IMG/VR virus record: IMGVR_UViG_3300045146_000214
Span: 1 to 64,000 of that record
Length of the DNA stretch: 64,000 nucleotides
Origin: a virus
Strand: one strand, 5' to 3'
Shown here one piece after another: positions 8,680 through 18,932 of this stretch. The position numbers and the translations under genes are program-made. How positions within the stretch are numbered: the stretch's first letter is position 1; every line of letters begins with the position of its first letter. Under the pieces are notes generated by a model that was given only the letters and a program-made list of their open reading frames with translations, searched no databases and was not told the DNA's origin.

Positions 8680-9540
8680 TTAAAAGTTAAAAACAAGTGC
8701 CTCAACCACTGAGGTTCTGTTTCGAGTTTCTCCACCTACAAAATAAAAGTGGTCTTTTGTGACCATATTGAACTTACTCCAAAATTTCTTAATAAATGGA
8801 TTAATTCGATAAACGTCATGATGCCATGTTGAAAGAATAAATCGTGCTGGTGTTGATAAAAGCAAATTGAACAACATTTGCTCGTCTTTTTCTGACCAAC
8901 CACCATAATAATTAACACACCTTCCAATATATGGTGGGTCGCAATAAATAATATCGTTTTTTGTCGCCTGTAAAATAGATTGTTTAAAATCACCTACTAA
9001 GAAACTCCATTTTGGGTTAATAACGCAGGCGACATTGTTGACCTGATTAACTATCTTTGTAATATATGCTGGTGAAAAGCGATCTGGCTTCTTACAGAAA
9101 GGGACATTCCACTTTCCGTTACGGTTAAATCGCATTATTCCGTTAAACCCAGCGCGTGACAGAAATAGAAAATCTAACGGGTCATTTGATTGATTAAAAC
9201 GATCTCTGACTACTCGAAAATGCGCATAACCATTATCATGAGAGTTTTTAAGCAATGAACCTTCTCGCTCAAGATAATCGCGTACACTCCTTGACGTAAT
9301 TTTTAAATCTTTGATTTCGTTATAGAACTTAATAACATGTGGGTTAATATCACATAGTAACGCTTCTTGAAAGCCAGAGTTAAAAGCAACAACACCTGTA
9401 CCAAGAAATGGCTCAATCCAACGACCACGCACTGAAGGGGTTATAGATTTAATCCATGGCACCAGTTTTGTTTTGATGCCTTGACCCTTAATCGGCGGCG
9501 TAATTACACGTATTGTTTCGTTATTGTTTTCACAAGACAT
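8680..9540 (-). CDS. dam: Dam-family DNA adenine methyltransferase
   Basis: WIEPFLGTGVV, GFNGIMRFN..G.WNVPF, IYCDPPY. Confidence 0.9.
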   Translation of the reverse strand: MSCENNNETIRVITPPIKGQGIKTKLVPWIKSITPSVRGRWIEPFLGTGVVAFNSGFQEALLCDINPHVIKFYNEIKDLKITSRSVRDYLEREGSLLKNSHDNGYAHFRVVRDRFNQSNDPLDFLFLSRAGFNGIMRFNRNGKWNVPFCKKPDRFSPAYITKIVNQVNNVACVINPKWSFLVGDFKQSILQATKNDIIYCDPPYIGRCVNYYGGWSEKDEQMLFNLLLSTPARFILSTWHHDVYRINPFIKKFWSKFNMVTKDHFYFVGGETRNRTSVVEALVFNF

Positions 9541-9573
9541 CGGTTTTTGGCCTTAGAGTTTTTAAGATTTTCA

Positions 9574-11832
9574 TTATCCACATTTCGAAAATCCGCATTG
9601 AGTGCAGACCGGACAACCATCTACGAATTTCATATCGCTTTCACATTGTGGGCATTTTCTTGAACACGCAGTCCCATCTTCAATATAACGCTTCAACACA
9701 CGCATAATGCCTTTATGAAAGCTATGTAAATCCTTGTTCGAGTCTTTCTCTAGTTGCTCAACAACAAAACGTATACTGGCACCATGACGTATCGCCAGTG
9801 AGATTAAGCGTGTTTGCGATCCATACGCATCATTATTAAACTGTGACACAATATCCTTGATGACTATTTCGTTATCCTGACCGCGATTAATGATCAAGTC
9901 ATATTTTGTTGTGTGCATCAGTTTGCGCTTCACAATAAATGCTTCTTTTACTGATGGTGAAACTTGTATATCTGCTGCTTTGCCTGCAAACACTTCATAA
10001 GGCCTCCCATCGTAAAGTCCAATAATAGCAATCCAATCTTCACCAGACTTGAAATGATAAATATGCGCAGGAAGATCAACTGGACGTTTAGGAGCATTCG
10101 TTGAAACAAATTTGTTTGCTGTTGTTCCGGTTGACAGAATGCTTTTCAGATTGCTATTAGGACGATATGTTGTGCATCCTTTACAACCAGATTGATACGC
10201 ATATGTGTACACGTTCTGAAACTGTTCAAAAGAAAAATCAGATGGAATGTTGATTGTTTTTGATATGCTTGAGTCAACCCATTTCTGCAATACGGCTTGA
10301 ATGTCAATATGCTGCTCTGGCGTTAAATCAGAAACAGTAGTAAAATATTTTGGCAGTGGCTTATTACCAAACTTATCTCGATACATCAATACTGCATAAT
10401 CATATACTGTTTGCTCAATTTCTTCTTCATTATTCGCTCGATACTTTCTCTTATACTCTAATGCAAATATCGGCTCAAGACCGCTGGACACATTGCCTGC
10501 ATACAACGATATTGTGCCGGTTGGAGCAATTGATGTTAAATGAGAATTGCGAATACCATTAGCTGCTATTGACTCCTTAACTGAATTCGATAACTTAGAA
10601 ACAAACTTGCTGTTTAGATACTTGTCCTTGTCATAAACAGGGAAACTACCTTTTTCAGATGCCAAAAGAGATGATGCCATATACGCTGTTTCAGTAATGG
10701 TTTTCATAATCTTATCGGCAACCTCCAGCGACTCTTTTGAGCCATATTTAATTCCCAGCATTGCAAGCACATCTGCCAGACCAGTAATACCAACACCCAT
10801 GCGTCGTTTATTTTTAGCTTCAGTTTCTTGCTGCTTTAATGGAAAATTGGTGATGTCAATAACGTTGTCTAAAAATCGAACAACTGTTGGCACGACTGAT
10901 TTAATTAAAGCGTAATCAATACCCGCATTGTCTGAAAATGGATTTTTGACGAACTTTGTAAGATTTAAAGAACCAAGCAGGCAATTAGAATTCGCCCCAA
11001 GGAGTTGTTCTCCACAAGGATTTGTCGTTGCTATAACTTCACAATAATTTAAATTATTCATTTCGTTAGCACGATCAATGAAAATCACGCCAGGTTCAGC
11101 ATAATCATATGTTGATTTGGTGATCCTATCCCACAAATACCGAGCATTAACAGTACGATATACCTTGCCATTAAATTTCAAATCAAAATCGCTATCATCC
11201 TTTACGGCCTTCATAAAAGCATCAGTAATCGCCACAGACAAATTAAAGTTTTTTAGTGACACATTATCTCGTTTCGCATCAATAAACAACTCAATATCTG
11301 GGTGGTCAATTCGTAATGCAGCTAACATGGCACCGCGCCTTGATCCAGCACTCATAATTGTTTTGCACATTGAGTCGAACATGTGCATAAAGCTAACTGG
11401 GCCGCTTGATTGCGCCTGGACACCAGACACATACTCACCTTGTGGACGAAGTGTGCTATAGTCCAAACCAATACCACCACCTTGTCGCTGTGTTAAAGCA
11501 GACTCAGTAAGAATTTTTAATATCCCCTCCATTGAGTCTTCGATAGTTCCCATGACATAACAATTATTCATGGTGGTCTTTTTTCTACCAGTTCCCGCAT
11601 TGGAAAGAATTCTTCCACCTGGCAAAAATTTGTAATCGCTAAGAATGTCATAAAACTTTGTAGACCATTCATCTTTATTCTTCTCATTGACAGCAATTGC
11701 ATTGGCAACTCTTTTCCATGTATCTTCGACAGTTACATCAATAGGATTGCCGTCTTTATCTTTAAGCCTGTATTTCAAATCCCAAATTTGATAGCTTAAT
11801 GTGTTCCCCGCAACAGTTTCAACATTATTCAT
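9574..11832 (-). CDS. nrdJ: Class II (adenosylcobalamin-dependent) ribonucleotide reductase
   Basis: LPGGRILSNAG, NNCYV, TTNPCGEQ, SIAPTGTIS, SISKTIN, C-terminal Zn ribbon. No ATP cone and no nrdB nearby. Confidence 0.9.
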   Translation of the reverse strand: MNNVETVAGNTLSYQIWDLKYRLKDKDGNPIDVTVEDTWKRVANAIAVNEKNKDEWSTKFYDILSDYKFLPGGRILSNAGTGRKKTTMNNCYVMGTIEDSMEGILKILTESALTQRQGGGIGLDYSTLRPQGEYVSGVQAQSSGPVSFMHMFDSMCKTIMSAGSRRGAMLAALRIDHPDIELFIDAKRDNVSLKNFNLSVAITDAFMKAVKDDSDFDLKFNGKVYRTVNARYLWDRITKSTYDYAEPGVIFIDRANEMNNLNYCEVIATTNPCGEQLLGANSNCLLGSLNLTKFVKNPFSDNAGIDYALIKSVVPTVVRFLDNVIDITNFPLKQQETEAKNKRRMGVGITGLADVLAMLGIKYGSKESLEVADKIMKTITETAYMASSLLASEKGSFPVYDKDKYLNSKFVSKLSNSVKESIAANGIRNSHLTSIAPTGTISLYAGNVSSGLEPIFALEYKRKYRANNEEEIEQTVYDYAVLMYRDKFGNKPLPKYFTTVSDLTPEQHIDIQAVLQKWVDSSISKTINIPSDFSFEQFQNVYTYAYQSGCKGCTTYRPNSNLKSILSTGTTANKFVSTNAPKRPVDLPAHIYHFKSGEDWIAIIGLYDGRPYEVFAGKAADIQVSPSVKEAFIVKRKLMHTTKYDLIINRGQDNEIVIKDIVSQFNNDAYGSQTRLISLAIRHGASIRFVVEQLEKDSNKDLHSFHKGIMRVLKRYIEDGTACSRKCPQCESDMKFVDGCPVCTQCGFSKCG

Positions 11833-11918
11833 ATCAAAGCCCTTTTAGATGTTAAAAATTATTGTTTTTTCTACGCTTAATATACGAAATTTTGTTTTGC
11901 AGCAACAAACATTTTTTA

Positions 11919-12662
11919 CTACTTCTTGTAACAAAATGCACAATTATGAGCATATTCACAATACTTACAAAGGAACCCAGGCTTTGCCTCAAATATTTTC
12001 TTTTCTCGTATTTCCTTTATCTTAGAATACACACCATATGAAAAAAAGCCAGTCTCTTTCTTTGATAATACAACTGGCTTCGATAACGTGTTGTTCCGAA
12101 TGTAAAAAATTCTTGCCGATATACTATGGTTGCCAAACAGCCCATTGCTCTTCAATGCCATAAGAAGATAGCTTTGAAGCTGAAACTTAAATCGTATATC
12201 ATTTTCACTTTTAGCGCTTTTATAGTCAACAATCTCATAGTGTTCATTGTCATACGTATAAATCAAATCTGCAATACCGCGCATCATTGAAAACTCATCT
12301 AGAGTATACGTCAAATATTTTTCTTCAAAAACAGTCTTAGCATTATTCAATATATTTGTCTTGAACTCAACAATATTACCAACAACCTTTTGTATTTCCT
12401 TCATTTTATCAGCATACACATCAGCACTATATGATATACCCTTAAACGCTTCGGCGATTAGCTCATCAACGTTTGCGCCAATTTTATACTTCTCTGCAAT
12501 AGTGTGAAACGCCTTACCTTCATGTGTTTCAATATTATCCGGCTCCACACCAGTTTCGCCGTCAATGTATCTTCTTTTATAACGAAACGGACACTGTTCA
12601 AATGTTTTAAGTTTAGACGGAGAGAAATCTTCTTTTTTGACATTACCAAAAACTGTTACCAT
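11919..12662 (-). CDS. PD-(D/E)xK Cas4/RecB-like exonuclease
   Basis: FSPSKL..FEQCP, GKAFH, RGIADL, IVDYKS, QLQSY, C-terminal CKYCEYAHNC. Confidence 0.85.
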   Translation of the reverse strand: MVTVFGNVKKEDFSPSKLKTFEQCPFRYKRRYIDGETGVEPDNIETHEGKAFHTIAEKYKIGANVDELIAEAFKGISYSADVYADKMKEIQKVVGNIVEFKTNILNNAKTVFEEKYLTYTLDEFSMMRGIADLIYTYDNEHYEIVDYKSAKSENDIRFKFQLQSYLLMALKSNGLFGNHSISARIFYIRNNTLSKPVVLSKKETGFFSYGVYSKIKEIREKKIFEAKPGFLCKYCEYAHNCAFCYKK

Positions 12663-15600
12663 AGCGACATTTCCATTTGTAGTGTATGGCCAATTAATGC
12701 TTTATTGTCTGTATTTGTAGCACTCAATTGACCGTATTTTATATTACCTGATAATTCGTTGACTATAGATGTGTCCTTAACCGCACTGACAAATTGAACA
12801 AATCCATTGTTTTTTGAGACAACACACCGTATAATGTCACCCGCAGTAATATTGTCTTTCTCAAACTCTTCTAACTCCCATACAAAAATATTAAAAGAGC
12901 CACCATCTACTATAATCATCTTATAGGGTTTGTTCTTTTTTGTTTTCTTACTAATGATGTCTTTCACTCGAAACGCAATTTCATATTTTCCGCTTTCATT
13001 ACTGGCAACATATTGTAATGTATGATGTGCTTTGATAGCTGATACCTTGTCCAACATGTCAAAGTTAATTCCGATTAAATCCTTTTCAATGTTAAGCAAT
13101 TCATTAACAGAGAAGTTTTCGACCTTATCTTTTGTGCTTGTCATTATTTTATACGCTTGCCACATATCATTTCGACCAATATTGAATACATCACATGCAC
13201 CGCAAAATATCAAGGAAAATACACTCGCCTTATTAAACTTATTGATAATCGTAAAATCAATAAAGTTCTTGAATGTTTTGAAGTGTGATTTCTTATTGAC
13301 CAATTGCAGCAAATCTTTTGACATAATACCTTTGATGTAGCGCAGGCCATAGCGGATGTGGTATTGCTCGTCAAGAATAAATTGCTCAGAAGGATTGTTT
13401 ATATCTGGTGGCAGCACAGAAATTGGATATAACACGGTTTCCCCATTAACGTGAAATGGAAGTTTTTTGTTATTAATATTATTGATAACCTCACTAATCT
13501 TGTCAATGTTCTTGTCGCCAAGGTTGTTTAACACACTGGTGTAGAATTCAAAGCCATAGTAATATTTCAACCACATGTCAAAATCAGCAATAATGGAATA
13601 GCATACTGCATGAGCACGACAGAACGCATATTCGGAAAGACGTTCCATTTCATCCCATAATCTGTTTGCTTCGACACTGCCAATTTTCTCTGTGGCATTT
13701 GAAATGAACTTATCTTTGTATTTTTTAACTGAAACAATGTCTGATTTTTTAATAAGCAGCTTTCTTACTTTATTTGCCTCTTTTGAGGAAAAATCACCAA
13801 TTTGCATACACAACTGCATACATTGTTCTTGGAAGATGATAATACCATACGAGTCACCAAGAATTGGTTGTAACTTTTCATGAAGCGTATAACGCTCTTG
13901 TCCCGTTGCTCTACGAATGTATGTTTCCGTTGAACCATAGCGAATTGTTGCCGGTCTCAAAATACTATTTAACGCAACCAAATGTTCAAAGTTACTTGGC
14001 TTCAATCTACTCAATATCGGTTTCGCAGTGTTCGTTCCAAACTGAAAAATACAATCATACCCATTATCAGTTGTGTTGGCATAATTAAAAACATCCTTAT
14101 CGTCTATACCACAGTCTCTATAGATGTCAATATCAACAGCATTACCATTACTGTTTTTAACAATAAATGGTGGAAGAACATTTTTTCCGTTTTTAGCTTC
14201 ATAACATTTTCGAAACTTGCGTATAAGCGACAAGGAGTCGTCAATTACTTGAACGTTGGTGACGCGCAATAAATCATATTTGTAATAACCAAGGTCTGAG
14301 AGTGTGTCACCATCCCAACCGGACACAATTGTATCGTTATAATGGTAATATGGGATAAGATCACCAAGTGGTGTGTTTTTGTCGCCAATTACAACACCCG
14401 CCGGATGTTTACCGCTTGAGCGATATGTGCCATGCAGTGTATCAAGTATAGAAATATCCTCTACCAGTTCAGATATTTTCCTATACATGTTAGGGCACAC
14501 TTCTTCTAGGTGAAAAAAATCTAAATGCTCATAGTCATTTTCAATTTCCTTGGTAAGCTCATTCGCCTCCATAAAGGGAACATTATAAAACCTTAGAATG
14601 TCCTTAATGACCGATTTCCACTTGTATTCTTGTAACGTTCCAATTGGTATGCTGTTGGGATATTTTTCATAGATGTATTTTTTGACATGCTCATGCACAT
14701 TCTGAGCAAAATCCAAGTCAACATCTGGGCCAGAGCCAGACTCAATTTTTGACTCATCTAAAAATCTCTCAAACAAAAGATTGTGCTTTATCGGATCAAT
14801 TTCTGTAATGCCAAGACAATACAACACCAATGATGCTGCTGCACTACCACGGCCTGGAGCCATGCTGGTAACGCCATAGTTTTTCTTTGTCCAACTTACG
14901 AAGTCGTATAAAACGTCAATGTAACTATCAATCTTAAGTTTTTTAATGACTTCCATTTCATACGCAATTCTGTCTCTGTATTGTGCAATATCGGCAATAC
15001 CACGTATTTTTGCCCCTTTTATTACTTCTGCTACAAGGTCTTCAAAATTTGTTTCTTTTGGCCTTGGAATATTTGAGACGATATTAGGTATGAAATTCCC
15101 AACTCTCTCAACAAATATTTTCCTATTGTTCTCTATCGCTTCATCAAATACTTTATCGGTAAATAATTCAGTTTTGAGATTGTTGTTCCAATATGTTCGT
15201 AATTCATCATATGTTTTAAAGTATGTTTCTTTGCACGTCTCTTCAACATATTTGATTGACTTAGCATTCTTCTCTTGCCGTTCTTGAATATCCTGTAATG
15301 TAAGGTTCTCTCGCAGCGCATGAAGAATATAAGACGCTTGCCAATCCGACTTTTTAACAAAGTGGATGTCATTTGAAATAACACAAGGAATTGACAGCTT
15401 TTTAGAAAGCATAATCAATGCATCGTTATATTCGCACACATTATCAACATCAACAGCGGTCAATTCTAAAAAGAAGTTCTCGCCAAAGATTTTTTTATAC
15501 TTCTTCGCATAGGCAATCGCTTCTTCAATGTTGTTTTTACGATATGATTTACCGATCAGCCCACCAATACAAGCAGAAGTTATTATCAATCCATCCTTAT

Positions 15601-16018
15601 GCTGCTTAATTTTCTCGGTTGTGATGAGAGGTTTGTTATAGAAGTTATCAGCGGAAAACGCCACAATATTCATAAGATTTTTGTAGCCAGCGGCATTATA
15701 CGCTATAAGAATAAGGTGACGAACAGACTCGGAGTATAGTTTCTTCGCCAGTTCCGAGTCTTTATTATCTCGTGCCTTTAGAATATCGTTGAGGTTGTCA
15801 CAAACATATGCCTCAATACCAGCTACAGGAATGATATTGTTTTCTTTGCACTTGAAATACAAATCAGCAAATGAATTAATATTGCCGTGTTCCGTAATAC
15901 ACACATGCGAAATGTTGTTTTCTTTATGAACCCTAACAACATCTTCTACGTTACAGATGGCGTCACCAACAGACCCTTTTGAAGTATGTTGGTGAAAGTT
16001 GTAAAACAATTTGTTCAT
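12656..16018 (-). CDS. dnaE: DNA polymerase III alpha subunit (family C)
   Basis: PHP domain (HQHT..S, ITEHG, GIEAY, SNDIHF), APGRGSAA, LLFERFL, PDVDLD, KHPAGVV, KYDLL, IIIFQEQ, YAFCRAHAVCY. Confidence 0.95.
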   Translation of the reverse strand: MNKLFYNFHQHTSKGSVGDAICNVEDVVRVHKENNISHVCITEHGNINSFADLYFKCKENNIIPVAGIEAYVCDNLNDILKARDNKDSELAKKLYSESVRHLILIAYNAAGYKNLMNIVAFSADNFYNKPLITTEKIKQHKDGLIITSACIGGLIGKSYRKNNIEEAIAYAKKYKKIFGENFFLELTAVDVDNVCEYNDALIMLSKKLSIPCVISNDIHFVKKSDWQASYILHALRENLTLQDIQERQEKNAKSIKYVEETCKETYFKTYDELRTYWNNNLKTELFTDKVFDEAIENNRKIFVERVGNFIPNIVSNIPRPKETNFEDLVAEVIKGAKIRGIADIAQYRDRIAYEMEVIKKLKIDSYIDVLYDFVSWTKKNYGVTSMAPGRGSAAASLVLYCLGITEIDPIKHNLLFERFLDESKIESGSGPDVDLDFAQNVHEHVKKYIYEKYPNSIPIGTLQEYKWKSVIKDILRFYNVPFMEANELTKEIENDYEHLDFFHLEEVCPNMYRKISELVEDISILDTLHGTYRSSGKHPAGVVIGDKNTPLGDLIPYYHYNDTIVSGWDGDTLSDLGYYKYDLLRVTNVQVIDDSLSLIRKFRKCYEAKNGKNVLPPFIVKNSNGNAVDIDIYRDCGIDDKDVFNYANTTDNGYDCIFQFGTNTAKPILSRLKPSNFEHLVALNSILRPATIRYGSTETYIRRATGQERYTLHEKLQPILGDSYGIIIFQEQCMQLCMQIGDFSSKEANKVRKLLIKKSDIVSVKKYKDKFISNATEKIGSVEANRLWDEMERLSEYAFCRAHAVCYSIIADFDMWLKYYYGFEFYTSVLNNLGDKNIDKISEVINNINNKKLPFHVNGETVLYPISVLPPDINNPSEQFILDEQYHIRYGLRYIKGIMSKDLLQLVNKKSHFKTFKNFIDFTIINKFNKASVFSLIFCGACDVFNIGRNDMWQAYKIMTSTKDKVENFSVNELLNIEKDLIGINFDMLDKVSAIKAHHTLQYVASNESGKYEIAFRVKDIISKKTKKNKPYKMIIVDGGSFNIFVWELEEFEKDNITAGDIIRCVVSKNNGFVQFVSAVKDTSIVNELSGNIKYGQLSATNTDNKALIGHTLQMEMSLW

Positions 16019-16632
16019 TATTTCTTTACCTTCTTTTCCTTTTTATCGTTGTCTTTTACCTCTTTAATTATCTTGCCGATTTCTTGCTTTCTGCGTTTTA
16101 GCCTTCGTACTACTTCTTCACTGCCAAACCAAAAGTCATGGCCATCAAACAATTTTTCCAATTCTTCGTCTGTCAAGAAAAACCTATAAATGTCTCGAAA
16201 AATATTCTTAAATAAATCATCCTTGAAATCTACGCTGGCTTTATTCTCCTGTCCCTTACCTCGTTCAGAAGAAGAATACCAATGACATAACATTTGGCTA
16301 CCATATTCAACCTTAATATTTCCGGTTGCGCTTAGTAGGATTAACGATGCTGCACTTAGAGCACTACCAGACAATACAACATTAACAGGAATTCTACAGT
16401 TCTTAATCGCGGAAATTATTTGCATAGCAGTATGAAGATAACCACCATAACTGTTAATATAAAGAATAATACCATTCTCACCACTAATTGTATTAAGCAA
16501 ATGCAGTAACTTTACATATTTATCTGGCGACTCAATCGGGGAGTTCATGTAAACGTGGTGAATTGTCTTTGTAAACGTCTGCTCAACTATGCTTATCGCT
16601 TCTTCTTGAACTTTATTATCCGTGTTGTTCAT
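16018..16632 (-). CDS. ClpP-like serine protease
   Basis: LYINSYGG, GSALSAASLIL (catalytic Ser), QMLCH (His), DFWF. Confidence 0.8.
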   Translation of the reverse strand: MNNTDNKVQEEAISIVEQTFTKTIHHVYMNSPIESPDKYVKLLHLLNTISGENGIILYINSYGGYLHTAMQIISAIKNCRIPVNVVLSGSALSAASLILLSATGNIKVEYGSQMLCHWYSSSERGKGQENKASVDFKDDLFKNIFRDIYRFFLTDEELEKLFDGHDFWFGSEEVVRRLKRRKQEIGKIIKEVKDNDKKEKKVKK

Positions 16633-16640
16633 AAACCTCT

Positions 16641-17957
16641 TTAATTCATTGTTAATTCACGAATATGGCATCTTGCTGGATTAAACCCCATTAGTGTAAA
16701 CTGATTAGCTCTCGACTCTCCAAATCTATTAAACAAAACACTAACGCGCAATTGATTAAGTTCTTGTTCTGACTGGTTTTGAGAGATGACAATCGTTGCA
16801 TCGGCAATTCGTGTTTTATCAACCGAACCACCTAAAGACTGCTCTACCTCTTCGTCTATTTTATTACCAGAATTTTTCGTTCTCTGAAACGCTGTAATAA
16901 CACAGCAATTAAGTTGTGACGCCAATGCTTTTGCTTCACGATATGTATACGCCTCTTTAATCCAAGGGTTATTATCGTGAGCTTTTTCTATTGAGTTGAT
17001 GGTAGTGTGGTCAATATAATCAATCACAATAACTTCTGGAACAAACGAGTATTTTGCTTTCAATATATCAACATAGCATCGTATATCATTAACATTAGCA
17101 GTTCCCATTGGAAATTCTTTGATTATAAGCGAGTGTTTATCCACACCAAATTCTTTTTTAATCTGTTCAATAACTTCATTGAGTTTTTCTGGATAATTCT
17201 TTACGATATTAATGTCTTTATTGAGCACCATGGCATCAAGACGAACTTTCTGCATTAATTCAGAAAGCTCCAATGATACAAACAAAACTTTTGTATTTCT
17301 CAACATTAACTGGCCTGCAATATTAAGTAGCATCATTGACTTGCCTGACTTTTGACTGCCTGCAAATGCAATGAGCGACTTTTTAGGAAAACCACCACCA
17401 AAAACATTGTCAAAGAAATGAAAACCACTCTTGATAAATTCAATTTTTTCGTTGGCATAGCTCATTGGGTCAAGATACACCAACCCACCAGAACCAACTG
17501 CCCGTAGCGACTCGGCCTCTTGCAGTCTTTTGATAACTGTTGAAAAGTTACCAGTGTTAATATCAGAAATTGACTTGCGCAGCGCATCCGTCATTCGATT
17601 GTTAATTACAAATTTTTTGGCCTGTTCAAAAACGTATTCAGCTTCATTCTTATCCTCAATAAAACTGACAATATCCTGTTCAATTTGTAACAAACAATTA
17701 ATCGCTTTAACTTTTACATCACCAGTTTCATGTTTTTGAACGTGGTCTTTCAGCATCGTCAGCGTTGGAACTTCCGTAAGTGTTTCGTGCAAGGCCGCAA
17801 TCGCCGCAAATATTGCCTTATTTTCTTCAACATCAAAAAAGCATTTATTGATATATGGTATAAGACTTTTAAGTTGCTTATCTCCGCGCAATATTGAGCG
17901 TAGCAATATTAGCTCAAAATGCGGTTCTAAAAAAATAGTTTGTGTTTCATTTACCAT
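16641..17957 (-). CDS. Replicative SF4 helicase (DnaB/T4 gp41-like)
   Basis: AGSQKSGKS, VSLEL, IIKEFP, VIVIDY, ITAFQ, NRFG. Confidence 0.9.
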   Translation of the reverse strand: MVNETQTIFLEPHFELILLRSILRGDKQLKSLIPYINKCFFDVEENKAIFAAIAALHETLTEVPTLTMLKDHVQKHETGDVKVKAINCLLQIEQDIVSFIEDKNEAEYVFEQAKKFVINNRMTDALRKSISDINTGNFSTVIKRLQEAESLRAVGSGGLVYLDPMSYANEKIEFIKSGFHFFDNVFGGGFPKKSLIAFAGSQKSGKSMMLLNIAGQLMLRNTKVLFVSLELSELMQKVRLDAMVLNKDINIVKNYPEKLNEVIEQIKKEFGVDKHSLIIKEFPMGTANVNDIRCYVDILKAKYSFVPEVIVIDYIDHTTINSIEKAHDNNPWIKEAYTYREAKALASQLNCCVITAFQRTKNSGNKIDEEVEQSLGGSVDKTRIADATIVISQNQSEQELNQLRVSVLFNRFGESRANQFTLMGFNPARCHIRELTMN

Positions 17958-18414
17958 GACTATTAAACCTCTTGATTGGTTTTATATTTGTGTTTTGATG
18001 ATAATAGCCCTTATGATTAGTTGACAAATTAGTCAAATAGTTCTTGCTGTTAATATCCGTCAAACCATGATATACATACTTTGTAAAGCTGTGACTCTTT
18101 ACAAGATCGCGTATCTTATTATACAATATCATGTAACAAAAAGCAAAACATACACGTTTTTTATTGCCATTGTAGTGCTTGAGTTTGTTAAACATATGTG
18201 TAATACATGTTATTTGTATGTCAAGCCAATCCTCATTGTTCAAGTTTTTATACCCTCGCACCGAAACATATGCTCGAATTATCTTGCTTATCTCCCAAAA
18301 CGCACAAAACAATTTTTCTTCATTTGGTTTTGACTTATCTTTTCTATAGTTTATTATCAATTCATGCAGTAATTGAGACGTTACTTGATTTTTTAAATTA
18401 TAAGGTAATACCAT
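17947..18414 (-). CDS. Possible T4 gp55-like late sigma factor
   Basis: DIQITCITHMFNKLKHYNGNKKRVCFAFCYMILYNKIRD resembles sigma region 2 of gp55. Small size and position near gp46/47 fit. Confidence 0.5.
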   Translation of the reverse strand: MVLPYNLKNQVTSQLLHELIINYRKDKSKPNEEKLFCAFWEISKIIRAYVSVRGYKNLNNEDWLDIQITCITHMFNKLKHYNGNKKRVCFAFCYMILYNKIRDLVKSHSFTKYVYHGLTDINSKNYLTNLSTNHKGYYHQNTNIKPIKRFNSHGK

Positions 18415-18416
18415 TA

Positions 18417-18923
18417 TTAACCCTCCTCATTAACAATACATAAATTTTCTAAAAGGCCAAAATCTATTTCTTCAAATCCATTAATGGTGAAGCGACCACA
18501 AAATATTCCTTTATGTAACTCGACCACTCGATTGTTTGCTAATTTTCCACTTCTGAGACTTCTCGTAAAATACATTATAGGTCGCTGATTTGATTTAACA
18601 ATAAGCAGCCAATCTTCTTTACCTTCCTTGTCAAGTTTATCTATCCATTTACGAATATCTGATTTAGCATTTTGCATATCATACATAATATTGAGATTCT
18701 TATAGCTCTTACACTCAATATTTGTATACCAGTTTTTTAATAGATTATGATCATAGGTCACATCGCCGCGCTGACCGTCAACTGCTAAACTTTTCCCCTT
18801 ATGAATTGTAGCATATGCTCCAGAATTGGCGGTGCGGAAAAACTCAACACCAGTTCTTTCTGTTAAAAACTTTGCAACATATCGCTCAAATGTCTTTCCT
18901 TTATTGCATCCATTAACCCCCAT
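18417..18923 (-). CDS. Holliday junction resolvase (Hjc-like)
   Basis: KGKTFERYVA, FFRTANSGA, GDV, IECKSY. Confidence 0.75.
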   Translation of the reverse strand: MGVNGCNKGKTFERYVAKFLTERTGVEFFRTANSGAYATIHKGKSLAVDGQRGDVTYDHNLLKNWYTNIECKSYKNLNIMYDMQNAKSDIRKWIDKLDKEGKEDWLLIVKSNQRPIMYFTRSLRSGKLANNRVVELHKGIFCGRFTINGFEEIDFGLLENLCIVNEEG

Positions 18924-18932
18924 GTTGCTTCC

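Noticed and set aside
11919-12662. CRISPR-Cas locus around the Cas4-like gene
   Set aside because: There is no cas1/cas2 or array, and solo Cas4-like nucleases are common in phage replication modules.
9574-17957. Inteins or introns in nrdJ, dnaE and the helicase
   Set aside because: Catalytic motifs are contiguous and lengths are normal; no splice-junction or LAGLIDADG motifs were seen.
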